Positions 12,578-24,977 of a DNA stretch of 64,000 nucleotides are shown piece after piece. The stretch spans positions 26,350,001 to 26,414,000 of the forward strand of contig NC_043014.1 in NCBI RefSeq assembly GCF_006345805.1, given 5' to 3'. Source of the stretch: Octopus sinensis (Eukaryota). Below the pieces are notes generated by a model. The model ran no database searches. It saw nothing but the letters and a program-made list of their open reading frames with translations, and was not told the DNA's origin. The position numbers and the translations under genes were made by a program. Numbering within the stretch: the stretch's first letter is position 1; each line of letters opens with the position of its first letter.

Positions 12578-13838
12578 TTGGGTTGGCAACTAAGTTCCCG
12601 CCCTTTTTGTAAATTTTGGAATTCATTGCGTTTTTAAATTTTAGATTCTATTTTTTTCGAGAATTCTAATTTTGAATCATTTTGGAATCTATTTTTTTTT
12701 TCTAGTTAATTTTTGTTAATTTTGTTCATTTTCAGATAATTAAGATGGAATGTCAAGTTAAGAAAAAACGAGCATTTTCGACACCTCCTTCTTTTTGCCT
12801 TTAATCAAGGTTCTAAGGGTGCAAAAGCTGCTCGCGACATTCGTGCTGTGTATGGAGAGGGTGTCATAGCTGAAATAACCGCTCGTGATTGGTATGCCAA
12901 GTTCAAAAATGGAAATTTTGACCTCAAAGACGCACCTCGTTCTGGCCGTCCAGTTGAGTTCAATGAAGAGCAATTAAACTAACTTTTGCCCGAAAATTCT
13001 CGTCAAACGACAAGAGAACTGGCAGAGAAAATGGAATGCTCCCACACTACTATAGTGAAGCATCTTCACTCGATGCGAAAGGTTCAGAATTATGGAGCAT
13101 GAGTTCCGTATGCTTTAAGTGACAACAACAAAAATCAACGAGCCACAATCTCCGCTGGTTTACTTGCTCGTCACTGCTCAACCCATGGACACAAGCAACG
13201 ATTTCTTTACCGAATAGTTACTGGCGACGAAAAATGGTGCCTGTAGATCAATATGAAGCAGCGTAAGTAAAAAGCGACACCACGCATGAAAGAAGATCTT
13301 CATCCACGTAAAACGATGTTGTGCTTATAGTGGGACTGTGAAGGGATTATCAATTACGAATTGCTTGATCGGAACCAAACGGTCAACACGGAACTCTATG
13401 TTCAACAGATGGAACGACTCAACACGGCTATTCAAGAGAAAATACCTAATCGGCAGCATGGAGTTCTTCTGCTGCACGCCCTCATATCGCCAATATGAGC
13501 ATGGAAACCACTAAAATGCATGGCTGGGAAGTGCTGCTACACCCACCGTACTCTCCTGATTTGGCACCAACGGATTTCCACCTCTTTCGATCTCTTTCAA
13601 ATGCTATGCGTGGAGTTTCGTTCAATATTGATGCAGAATTGAGAGCTTGGTTGGATCAATTTTTCGAGTCGAAATCGGATGATTTCTATCAACGAGGTAT
13701 TGAACATCTTGTTAAACGTTGGGAAGATGTTGTAAATAATAAGAGTGAATATATGATTGATTAATTAATTTTTATTTTTTAATAAAACGTTTTAAAAATT
13801 TAATTAAAAAAACGGCGGGAACTTAGTTGTCAACCCCG
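12578..13838 (+). mobile_element. Mariner (DD34D) transposon, full length, transposase pseudogene
   Basis: TIRs (TT/CG)GGGTTG(G/A)CAACTAAGTTCCCGCC flanked by TA. MECQVKKNEHFRHLLLFAFNQ..PRSGRP from 12745, IVTGDEKW, YSPDLAPTDFHLF; several stops and frameshifts. Confidence 0.92.
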
Positions 13839-13951
13839 TATTATATGCGCAGCTTTAATTTCTGGTTAAGTTCATGTACAAGGGGCTGCTTTGTGATCAA
13901 ATAAAAAAACAAGGTGTGTGTGTGTGTATATATATACATTCATGTGCACAC

Positions 13952-13995
<44 letters not shown>

Positions 13996-14176
13996 TATAT
14001 ATTTATATATATCTTGAAAATGCAAACTTATCTCATTTTATATGTTTGCAATTCGTATTGTAATTCGTAAATTGAAACAATGGTAGGAAATGTTAATAAA
14101 TAAATAAATAAATAAATTTTATATTCATTAAATCTTTCCATTTTCTTACTTAATTGTATATACATAAAACAGAAGA

Positions 14177-16380
14177 GGGGGTGTATTTCTACGCAGGAAA
14201 AAATATAGGCAAATTTATTCTAGAAAATGCAGCTAAATCGAAAAAATTGTAATTGCTTAAAATATATTTATTTACATATATACCAAACTAGTTTCAACAA
14301 TAGTTTTTGTTTATAAATTTTGAAAATTTGGAATTATGAATTAGAAAAACTCCTTTAAAAGTTTCAATGTTGACAAATTAGAATGTTCATAACAGATAAA
14401 TTTAGAATTATGAATTAGAAAAACATGTTCAAAAATTTCGATGCTGATAAGTTTAAATGTTCATAACAGTGAATAATATTAAAACTGTTCATCATTTTGT
14501 TTGAATGTAAAAGCTCACTAGCGTTAGTAGTGATCAACAAGAAATGAATATCACCAAAGTTTCAGTCATACTGAGTTAAGAGAGGGAAAAAGAGGGAGAA
14601 ATGGAGATAGTAAAAAAAGGGATTTGGTTTACATTTTCTCTGATCCTCTTTCCGTCGTGCGTAGGAACTTTCGCTTGTAACGGCGTGTTTTGGAATTCGG
14701 TGTATTTATAAATTTTTTTCAGCGAGCGGATTTGAGTTTTGATTCGTTAAAGTACTGGTGACGTCTTGTTTTTCCGATGGTCAAGTTTGTGGCTCTACCT
14801 GGTTGGCTTCCCTATGGGGAACGGTCATCGATCGTTCCGGTTGGTTGATTATCATAAAGGGTCATTTTGTTGTATTTGCTGAAGTTCGATTTTGATTGGC
14901 CTAGAGTTAGGTGACGTCAGCAACTGGTGTTTGAAAAATTTCATTGGTCGAGAGATAGGTGACATCGGCAACTGGTGTTTGTATGGTGTTATTGCATGAT
15001 GATTTGGAGTTGCTGTTTCGAAACCCGGGTGGAAGAAGTTGCTAAATTTTTAAAAATTACTTGTTGTCCCTGGCTGCTTTTCGTTTTTCTCTTTAGTGTT
15101 CTTTCTTCTTTCTAAAGGATATTCAGCTGCGGTTCATATTTTTTAATGAGTTTTCTTACTTAAACGGAATTGGGCTGAAGTGTTTCCGGTGCATTGATAG
15201 AGAGAGATGATTTGGTATTTCGGGTTTATGTTTACGGGGCATGGGTCTAAGTGTTTGCTTACTGGAATTTTCCTAGTTGTGGGGTCCCGGATTTGTTGCC
15301 TGTGCACCGTTAGTCTGTCCCTCAAGTTTAAACTAGTTTGACCTATGTAGTCTCCGTCTTAACTCAGTATGACTGAAACGCTGATGATATTCATTTCTTG
15401 TCAATCACTACTAACACTAATAAGCTTCGTACTTTCAAACAAATTGATGCACAGTTTTAATATTATTCACTGTTATGAACATTTAACTTGTCAACATCAA
15501 AATTTTTGAACATGTTTTTCTAATTCATAATTCTAAATGTTTACCATTGATGAACAAAAATATTGTTGAAACTAGTTTGCTATATATGTAAATAAATTTA
15601 TTTTAAACAATTACAATTTTTCAAATTTAGGTGCATTTTCAACAACAATTTTGCCTATATTTTTCCTGCTTGGAAATAGACCCCCTTTTTTGTTATATAT
15701 CTACCATGCAAGGAACGAAAATGACATCCAAACACAGGATAACACGACACCCGATAAAATCCTATGTGAACTACAAGTCATCAATTCAAAGCTCACTCTC
15801 CTATCGGACAAACTCGATAAATCACATTGCAACTGCAAAGAAATGTGCCCAGAAAAAGGAAGATCTCTGCAGACAGAAATTAGTGAAACCGTCGAAAAAA
15901 TCTATAAATCATTCGAAACCTCAATGCATAAATCTGAAAATAACCCTAATCCTGGAACGGAAAAAATAACTTCATCTGTCAACCACCTTCCGATGTCAAG
16001 AAAGCTATACTGCAAGTATGAGACAAAATATTATAAATTCGCTTGCTGGAACATGATGAAGAACTCCAGTATACGAGAGATGGCTCAATTCAACTTCCTA
16101 TATTCTCCCCAGAAAGCTACAAATTAAAGCCATCCCCAACGAACCAGCAAAACAGAGAGAACATAAGGGGAAAAATGGTTCCACACAACCGGAAAAAAGT
16201 CACTACCGGAACAATACCAGAATGACCATCCAGGACCAAGAATAACCAATACCCTCTGCAGGGTTCCTAACACTTATCAAAGATACAAAATGGGAAATTC
16301 CATTGCACTCTTCACCACAAGACAAAACACCCCTACTCAAAGTTACAGAAACCCATCTCTCCAAGAACCCTCCACAACTC
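14177..16380 (+). mobile_element. Penelope-like element 5' portion with an inverted pseudo-LTR carrying a GIY-YIG C-terminal remnant
   Basis: Inverted arms 14177-14581 and 15357-15686. The spacer reads on minus YIGQTSLNLRDRLTVHRQQIRDP. A decayed PLE-like N-terminal ORF follows on plus from ~15700. Confidence 0.7.
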
Positions 16381-17199
16381 ATACTCATACTCATACTCAT
16401 ACGGTCTCTCGTATGAGTATGTTGTAGATATATATACATATATCTACAACATACACATACGTGCATTCATGTACACACTCATACGCACAACACATACTCA
16501 CAGAACACACAACTCATATACACACGCGCACACATACACATACATATACGTACATACGTATTAATCTATGCACACTCATACGATTATATATAACTACATA
16601 TATGTGCTTCAGTATCACGCATCTCAACATGTATGTGTGGATTTCTTCATGTAGATGAGAGAAAGGGGTGATTATAGATTCCACTCGGGTACTCCCGAGT
16701 GAAATCAGGGTGTCACCCCATTCGGATTTACGGTTGAGGGTGGGTTTGTATTCCTGTATAAAGACAGCTTCAGGTGTGAAAAAATATTTTCCCGGGCTAC
16801 ACACAAAAGAACTGAGAACTCTTGAATGATTAACAAATCAACTTCTAAGGACACACAGGAAATGAATCATTTACCATGAATTTTGACCGTGAAACCGTAA
16901 ATATTGAAATACTCGAATTCTGAGCTGGATATGCAGGTTCAAAACAATTTATTCGATTTCTAAAATGTCCGCACAAACCCAAAATAGTAACGATGTATGT
17001 ATGTCAAATAAATTACTACTTCATCAGTATTATGTTACACCATCAGTTAATGTGCTGTTATTCTTAGTACACAAAGTCACACACAAGATGCACATAATAT
17101 ATATATATATAGTAGTAGTAACAGAAAAGAAGGAATTTCGATACTCCCTACGTGGTGAGTTGTAATATATATAAGAAATTAATAAAGGAAAATACACAC

Positions 17200-19260
17200 A
17201 CTTTTCATAGTTATAATATAATTTTTAATATATCGACCGGTTTCGGTTTCGCTATTCATGATATTATGGTTTACTTATTTGAGTATGCATTTTCTTAAGA
17301 AGAAATTTTTGTCCATGTTGTGTGTGATGATATTTACGAGTGAATGACTTCACAAGTTGAAAAGTAAGGGGAGGTAATTGGTTATCGTTATTGTTGTGGG
17401 CAAAGGAAATAACTGTTCAGCTTTCCGTAAGGGGGTGGATATATATATATACGGACACACACAAAAAAAGGGTTTCGAAAAACTTGTTTAGTGAGGGGAT
17501 TTATGTATAGTGATGTTATCGTGAATTGAAATATGCAAAAATATCCAAACTCGTAAATATCCAAACCTACATTCCAAACGTACATTCTCACTGTCCATTC
17601 TCATGAATGTGACCCCATTCATGCTACCCCTCTTATGGGACCTACACTCACGCTCATATATTAATATTTTTCTATTTATATTCATTTAGAATTATGAGTT
17701 TATACTTAAAATGGAATTTAATTCTATAGGATAAACTTATAGTGTTTGTTCGTACATTTCCAAATAGTTATACATATCGTTATATGTCTATTCGCATATA
17801 ATAATACTACTGTAGGTATACTTTTAATATTTATTCTATAATTACACTTCGTAGGTGCATATACATTTATACCTAATTATAAATACATGTATCCTTCACT
17901 TTGTATCATTCACTTTTAATCAAAATACGTTATACTCATACAAACTATTATGAAATTACATTACATATTTACATAAACAGCGATATAATGATAATAATAA
18001 TACAAAAAGGAACATTTATGAGTAAATAGATGATTGCTATAATCTGAAATAACAAAGGTTTCTTCCAAATCCCAAAAACGAGCCTGTAAGCCTATGGTTA
18101 CATTTCTCAACAATTTCAAAATCTTTGTTAATGTTATCATTGCATTATATGACGCATAGTGTCTCTTCAAAGCACAGGATACATGATGCTGAGTATGCAT
18201 TATGTGGTTATGCATTCCATATCACTGAGCAATACAGGCTGTATTGCAATTTTTTCTGTTTGAGGCTCCAGATCAAGTCAAGGAGGGATGTACATTGTTT
18301 TTTGCAAATGTTCCTAAATGATGCAGAATGGTTTCTCCAGCGGTTCTCGAAATTGTCGATTCTGGCACTTATATATGTGTATATACAGGCACACTCGTTC
18401 TGACTGTACATGTGTACACACGGTTTCTATGCAAACGCTCATTTACCAGAGGACATGCTTCCTATTTCTACGATGACAGTTATTTACTGCGCTATTTCCA
18501 GCTTGGTTTTTACGTGTCGTGTTTCTTTATATGTTTCTTCTAAGTGGTAATGTTTCTGTTATCATTATTGTTATTCGTTATCTCCAATGCCATTATTATT
18601 AGTGTCTATACCATTCCCGTCGTTGTTTACATTATCTATATTAACGTTGATAATAATACTTATGTTAGAATCATTTGGACTAACTTAATTATGCCTTCTA
18701 ATAATATAGTTATCTCCAATTGCGGGACCCGCGTTTTCATCGACCATATTTTTTGCTTTTGTGATTGCTTGATTCAGCTTATTATTAAGTTTATGAATAT
18801 GGTATTTCAGGTTACTTGATATTGCATAGAACAGTTTCACCATATGCCTGTTAAACATTTTGTACTATTTACTAGTTATAAGAAAGTGTCTAACGCTGAG
18901 AAAAGTTCCCTAGCAAATTTGGATAATACATGTAACCCGAATACTGGTATATTCCACAAAATATCTTTTAGACCTCCCATTCGGCTTAGTGTAATTCTTA
19001 TAATATATAGTAGAGCCATGATTAAAATTCAAGTTAGATCTTTTTGTTCCTATTTCTCATATTTGTTTCCATCATTATTTTTATTTTCAGTAATTTTTAT
19101 TCCACCTCTTAAATACGATTTCGAAAGGAAGCCTTACTGTGAACTCAACATTATCACCTTAATTTTCATTATGTTAACTATCAGTCCCACTTCCATATAT
19201 TTTGGTGTTTTATTTTTACTTTTATATTGATTAACTATACTATGCTTTAGGTATATATTT
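17200..19260 (-). mobile_element. Degenerate Penelope-like element, 3' half
   Basis: Minus pieces YKMFNRHMVKL, ACPLVNERLHRNRVYTCTV and NFENRWRNHSASFRN..LIWSLK (linker + GIY-YIG). Decayed hammerhead at 17228-17265. Confidence 0.7.
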
Positions 19261-19278
19261 AATTACTTTTTCATTGTA

Positions 19279-20172
19279 TGAGAGTGGGAGAAGTTCACGG
19301 GCTATGAAGGAGTGACGCTACAGCTGTGAACTGTAGCACGCATTAATTTCACCTATTCTTGTTACTAAGTGTATTGTTTCTTTCCAGGTAAACTGATAGC
19401 TGACTATTCAAAGAACTCTTCAAATGTTACGAGGAGCGACTTCTCTTGAAAATTTGGCATCATCGTGTTATCAAGCCCCTGCAGAAAAACCGTTTGGCAC
19501 CCAAGGATAGTCATGCTGACATGATTCCTACATTAGGGGATGACGCTCCAGCTTTATCATCAGTACAAACGTTGGCAGCAAAATTTAAGAGGAGAACGGA
19601 GAGATTTGAAGATGACTTGAGTTTTGGACGTCTTGCACCTGCCACTATATTGATCGTGTTCGCCACACGGTGACGGCTGACAAGTGACTGACTATAAAAG
19701 AAATAGCCAATGCGATTAGCATATCACTTGAGAAAGTTGAGAATATTCTGCACAATGAAATTGGCATGACGAAGGTTTCTGAACGGTGGAGGCAACGTCT
19801 TCTGATACCTGATCAAAAGTGCACCATGCTGATCACATCATCGGAAAGTGTGACATTCAGGCAGATCCAGATGGTTTCCTTGAACATGGTAAGTGTTGGG
19901 TTCATCCACTCTGAGCCAGAGAGAACTATTTACTCCATGCGGTGGAAACACCTTTCCTCACCTACTCCAAAGAATGCCAAAGTCGTTTCATCTGCAGGGA
20001 AGCTAATGGACTCAGTATTTTAAGATGAAAATAACATTGTGTTTATTGACTGTCGTCAAAAGGACCACACCATCAAAGGAAAATACTATGCCAGCTTGTC
20101 GAGGCAGTAAGGGAAGAATATCAAGACCAAACGGCCAGGAAAACTGACGTAACGGGTCTTGTTTGATCAGAA
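19279..20172 (+). mobile_element. Mariner remnant (Himar1/Hsmar2-like N-terminus)
   Basis: MKIWHHRVIK..APALSSVQTLAAKFKR..EDDLSFGR and WKHLSSPTPKNAKVVSSAGKLMDSVF; truncated at DQNDA. Confidence 0.8.
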
Positions 20173-20719
20173 CGATGCATACTAATTAGAGTTACTATGT
20201 TTCAGCGATTGCATGGAAGTTCGCCAGCGAGAACGTCTACATCATCGGTCAAGCTGTAAGAAATAGTTGTCAAATCCTTTTCAAATTTCACCCTACGGTC
20301 TTAAAAAATAAAGTACATATTGGACAATGTAGTCCTGCATATTCCATTACTGAAAAATGGAATTGAGCTAAATAAACGAAGCGATAAATTCTTTCTCTGA
20401 ATTTAGTTTACGATGCGAGTGAATATTGGTCAAGAATAATTGCTGATTTGGAGGCAAGATACGGAGAATTTGCCTTTATTAAATGTTGTCAAAGTATATG
20501 GCACTGATTACTCAGTTGTAAATCTGACGAGAATCTGATATATGAGATATGTTTATCGGTTAATTGCCACATTAAGTCGGCACTAAACCACCACTTTATC
20601 GTGCGGCTACTGTATAAGTATCTCTGAGAGATTTAGAAATGCAATATTTCTAATTTTGTAGATCAGTGAATTTATTTCATCTGAAATTCTATACGTTTTG
20701 ATATCTATACGTATTGATA

Positions 20720-21747
20720 TCTACCAAGCCACGCTCTTTTGTTGTTTTTTGAAGAAGTCTAAGCGAATTTTTGTGCGAAGCCACCATAGTTAGGTGGTGG
20801 TGAAACAATTGAAAAAATGAAAAGTTACGCAGAGGCTACTGGAGGTCGAGTTCCCCTGGACCCACGTGTGCTGAAGTCAGAGATGATGGAGTAGAATGAG
20901 AAGAAATTATGGCATGATAAAAAAAGAAGGATCAAATAATGGTCCTGCCAGAAGAGGAAAAAAAGAAAAATGGAAAAGAAGACGGTCATATTCAGAACAT
21001 TTTCGAATGTGAATAGAAGAATAGAACACGCACCGCAGGAAGAGATAGAGGAAATCTTGTAGGAACAAATAGAAGGGATAACTTTCTTTACAAGAGGAAG
21101 GAAATATGCGACTATAATAGTAATCTTTGTATCAGAAGAGGAGACGAAAAAAACCAATAGGCTGATACAAGGAGAGAAATGGACGTTAATGTCAAACTGC
21201 TTGGGCAAAAGAATCGTTAGGATTAGGGTGGGAAGAATCTCACCGTCGATAGACCCAGTATGGGTAATAGTCGCAATTTTTAATTCCGAGCTGGAGAAAG
21301 GAAGTGAAGACCTGAAGATTGGCATAATAAGCCGAACACTACACATGAAATGTTGGGGCTATGGTATAGAGATAATCTGTGCAATGAGCCCGAAATATTA
21401 CGACGAAATGGCGGAAACTGTGGAACTACCAAATGGAGAAAAGCAGGAAATAATGTTGAAGGGGAGACCCCCCTCCCCCCCACAAAGTGCTACGGATGTT
21501 GTGAAATAGGGCACTTGAGAAGGAAATGCCCTAGTGCGGCAGTGGAGATGGTAGAGGAGAGTGTTCAGGAAAATATAATGGAAAAAAAAGCAGAAACAGA
21601 AAACAGAACATGACGGGAATTTTATGGAAGTGAAACCCAGGGAAACAGAGAGAAGGAAGTCACCGGCGACAGTGGAATTGAAGAAATGTAAAGCAATGGA
21701 AGAGGAAACCCAACCCACGACGAGAAACGGAGAAAATTTTGCAACTG
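20720..21747 (+). mobile_element. ORF1-only retroposon copy 2, 5' part (host of copy 3)
   Basis: YAEATG..FFTRGRKYATI..RIRVGRISP..WVIVAIF..KCYGCCEIGHLRRKC (CCHC 21488-21529); homologous to copy 3 along its length. Confidence 0.8.
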
Positions 21748-23633
21748 ATTTATTTATTACCCACAAGGGGCTAAACATAGATGGGATAATACACACATGC
21801 GGGGACACTCAACATATGAAAGAATGGAATAGTGACATTATACAATAAAGATGAAACGGCGACCCTGGCCCCGCTGCAGGGTGGTTGCGTTATTTCAGTT
21901 ATTTCAACACTTCTTTTCAAAATTACTTCAACATTTTTCAAAAGTTCTTTTCACAATTATCTCCACAGTCTTTTCAAAATTATTTCAACATCAAAAGTTC
22001 TTTTCAAAATTATCTTAACAGTTCTTTATAACATAAAACTCTACTTACCATTTTATATTGTTCTTAATTTCCTCATAGGTCACCACTGGAGCGTTGAGTT
22101 GGAAATTCACCTCGGACCCCAGTGGGTTTATATCTGATGGGAAAGCCTCTTTTAACTTCCTATACTTATCTTTTTCCATTAAAATCCATCTCGTCTCCTT
22201 ATCGTAAACCTCCGAGAGGTCCACTTTAACAATGTCTTTCATTTTAGTTATTTTCCTTTCTATTTTTTGTGTCGACCGATATGTTATCAAATATATTCTG
22301 TTCCGGTGTATCTCTTCCATCTGTATGTCTGTTCCTTTTTGGTTTTGTGACTCTGTACTATCATGTGTCTGTTCTTGTATATTTATTTGTAGCTGTATGT
22401 CTGTCCTTTTATTTGTCTGCGGGTTTGCATGTTTGTGCGACTGTAAGTCTGCATATTGTGTCTGTGTATCTGTGCTTTTTGGTTTCTGGAAAAAAAGGAA
22501 AAACAAGTAACGCTTCCGTATGTATGTATGTCAGTGAGTTTATGCGTCTGTGAATCTGTCTGTTTGTACCATTGTGAGTCTGTATGCTCACTTGGTGATG
22601 TTCTGCTTTTATCTTCTTTTCTCGGTGATCCTTCTTGATCCTGTGATTTATATGTCTTTCTTTGTTCAAATTTCGGCGATGAGCTCCTCCATTCTCTCTT
22701 CCTTGACTTAGCTTCCTCAAAATCGGCGCTCTGTGCCTGTTTCTTCTCCTCTATCACGCCTGCTTGCGTTTCCATTTCTATGTTTTTCATAATTTCTGAG
22801 CACCTTCTTCTAATGTGACTTCTTTTGCCACATTCATAGCACTTTGGAGGTTCCTTTCCAACATTATATCCAGCTTGTTCTAATTTGTCAGTTCCAGTGT
22901 CTCCGGTATGGTATCGCATTCTGTCTGCTTTGACGAGAAACCCACCTCCAAACCAAACCCCCATCAATTTATTTGTTGGGTTCTAGTTATCATAACTACC
23001 TCTACTTCTTTTTTTCCTGAAAAATTGCTGCCATTACCCATTCCGGTTCCATTTTCGGCGGGATCCTACCCACCCTAATCCTCGTTGAACGTCTACCTAT
23101 CTGATTGGGAAAGAACATCCAATTTCCTCCAGTTAACGTCTTATTTGCGTATTTCCTTGCTGGCTCTTCCGATTCAAATGTGACCTCTACAGACGCGTAT
23201 GTCTTGCCTCTTGTGAAAAACGACACATCTTTCAATTCCTTCAAAGACTCCTCCACATCTTCCTTCGTTGTGCTCTCTATTCTTTTATTTTTCCTTGAAA
23301 ACAATTTATATTCCACCACCGTAATTTCCATTTTGGCCTTTTCCTCCTCTGATGGGGTCAACTTTACGTTTGGCCCCTCTTTCTGTACCATCTCTAGATA
23401 TTTTCCAAATTTTTTAGCCATGTCTTCATTCCAGTGTATTTCGTATTGCTTCAGCAGGACTGGGACCACGGAAGCCCGACTCCCCGTCGCTGTCGCATAT
23501 GTCTTCCCTTTCTCCATCTCAGTAATGCTCACCAAACAATGGTGGGGTTATACTCAAAAACTGCTGCAAAGCACACAAAACGATTAAAAAAAAAAAAAAT
23601 ACAAGCGAAGCAAAAACACGCCCGACAAGTAAG
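21748..23633 (-). mobile_element. ORF1-only retroposon copy 3, full length (1.9 kb), flanked by an 11-bp TSD
   Basis: 5'UTR, then MVSITEMEKGKTYATATG..FFTRGKTYASVEVTF..RIRVGRIPP..KCYECGKRSHIRRRC. 3' tail ATGTTTAGCCCCTTGTGGGTAATAAATAAAT. TSD TTTTGCA(A/G)CTG at 21737-21747 and 23634-23644. No RT. Confidence 0.85.
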
Positions 23634-23644
23634 TTTTGCAGCTG

Positions 23645-23945
23645 TTGAATGAATAGGTTTTCAAAAGTGAAAAACATTTGGTTGAACGTTTGGGTTTAAA
23701 AAAAGGAAAAGAAAATAAGTAAATCCTGTATGAACATTTGTTAAAAAAGTTTATATTTGTAAGTTAAAAGCGAAAAGGGAAGTCGCCTCAGAGCGAGGAT
23801 AGAAATTGTTATGTAACATGTAAAGGTTTAAAGGAAAAGAAATCCGCGGATTCATCATTTCACATTCATCCTTTCATGTGTTTTTTCCCCCGCATGTCTT
23901 TGTATGTCCTCTTTGTAATTAGGCCTTTTGCCTATAATAAAAAAT
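23645..23945 (+). mobile_element. ORF1-only retroposon copy 2, 3' part and tail
   Basis: Ends ccccgcatgtctttgtatgtcc..gcctataataaaaaa, similar to the tails of copies 1 and 3. Confidence 0.6.
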
Positions 23946-23951
23946 CAAGCT

Positions 23952-24022
23952 AGCAAGCCAAGCTACTCCAGACTGATGAAGAGCAATGACTCTGAAACTT
24001 GTCTCTGAGTGCTGGCTTTGCT
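23952..24022 (+). ncRNA. Minimal type I hammerhead ribozyme with an intact core
   Basis: CAGA-CUGAUGA-AGAG-caauga-CUCU-GAAAC-uu-GUC^UCUG. Stem I extends (actc/gagt, gcca.gc/gctggc). Predicted cleavage after 24003. Confidence 0.78.
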
Positions 24023-24229
24023 GGGTGGAGGTGCTTACTCCCCTGTTGGAAAATGTAAGGACACAGTATGTTTGTGTCACATAGCTAACTGGAAATGATG
24101 TTTCCTGGGGCTAAATAGCTGTAGCATTCTTCCCTTTCCTGGGATTTCCACATTAATTTGGCAACAAACCATCACTTGATATATATACATATACACGTAA
24201 ATGTGTGAAATGAGTGCTCAACAACCCAT

Positions 24230-24600
24230 TGGTGGATATATAATTTCTGTATTTGTGAATTAAGGCGACCATTAGTTTCATGTTAGGAAGAGTAGAAAAA
24301 TATCCGATCATATGGAGAAAGGCGTTTACCTACATTTTGGAAAATAGCCTCTTTTCGTTCACGGGTTTCTCATAAATTCGCTTAAATGAAACAGTGAATC
24401 AAGGGAGGATACTCTAGAAAGCATTTTTTGAAGTTTGTCTCCCTTCATTTGTCGTTTCGGTAAACTTCATAATTTTTTTGCATTATATGTTAGCTTTTTT
24501 CTCGATCAGTGTTTTTGTATTTGCATGTTGAGGTTGCACGTCATTGGAAATTATTTCTCTTTCTTTGCGTGGAGTTTGTGATTTATTTCTTTTATTATAG
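24230..24600 (+). mobile_element. PLE pseudo-LTR-like fragment
   Basis: Reverse-complement similarity to 26770-27190 and direct similarity to 25975-26120. Confidence 0.55.
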
Positions 24601-24977
24601 TCCCTGCCTTTATTATTATAGTCTCTATCTGTCACTCTGTCCCTCGGTGTCTAGCTCCCTCACTCTTTTTCTCTTTGTACATTCTTATAAACACACACAC
24701 GCACACAAATATGTATGTTTGTATGTATGAGTGTTTATATGTATGTTTATACATACATATATAAATAAAGACATACACTCACATGTGTGTGTGTATGTGT
24801 GTGTGTGAGTGTGTATACACAACCGATCGTCTTGGGTATACAAACCGATTAATATATATATACGTTAATCCGTCAAGCATGAATAAATATTTATTTTATC
24901 TAAAATTGGACTCTTGATGTACTTCAATATTTATGCCTATGGTATAAATAAATGCATCATTATTTGTATAAAAATAA

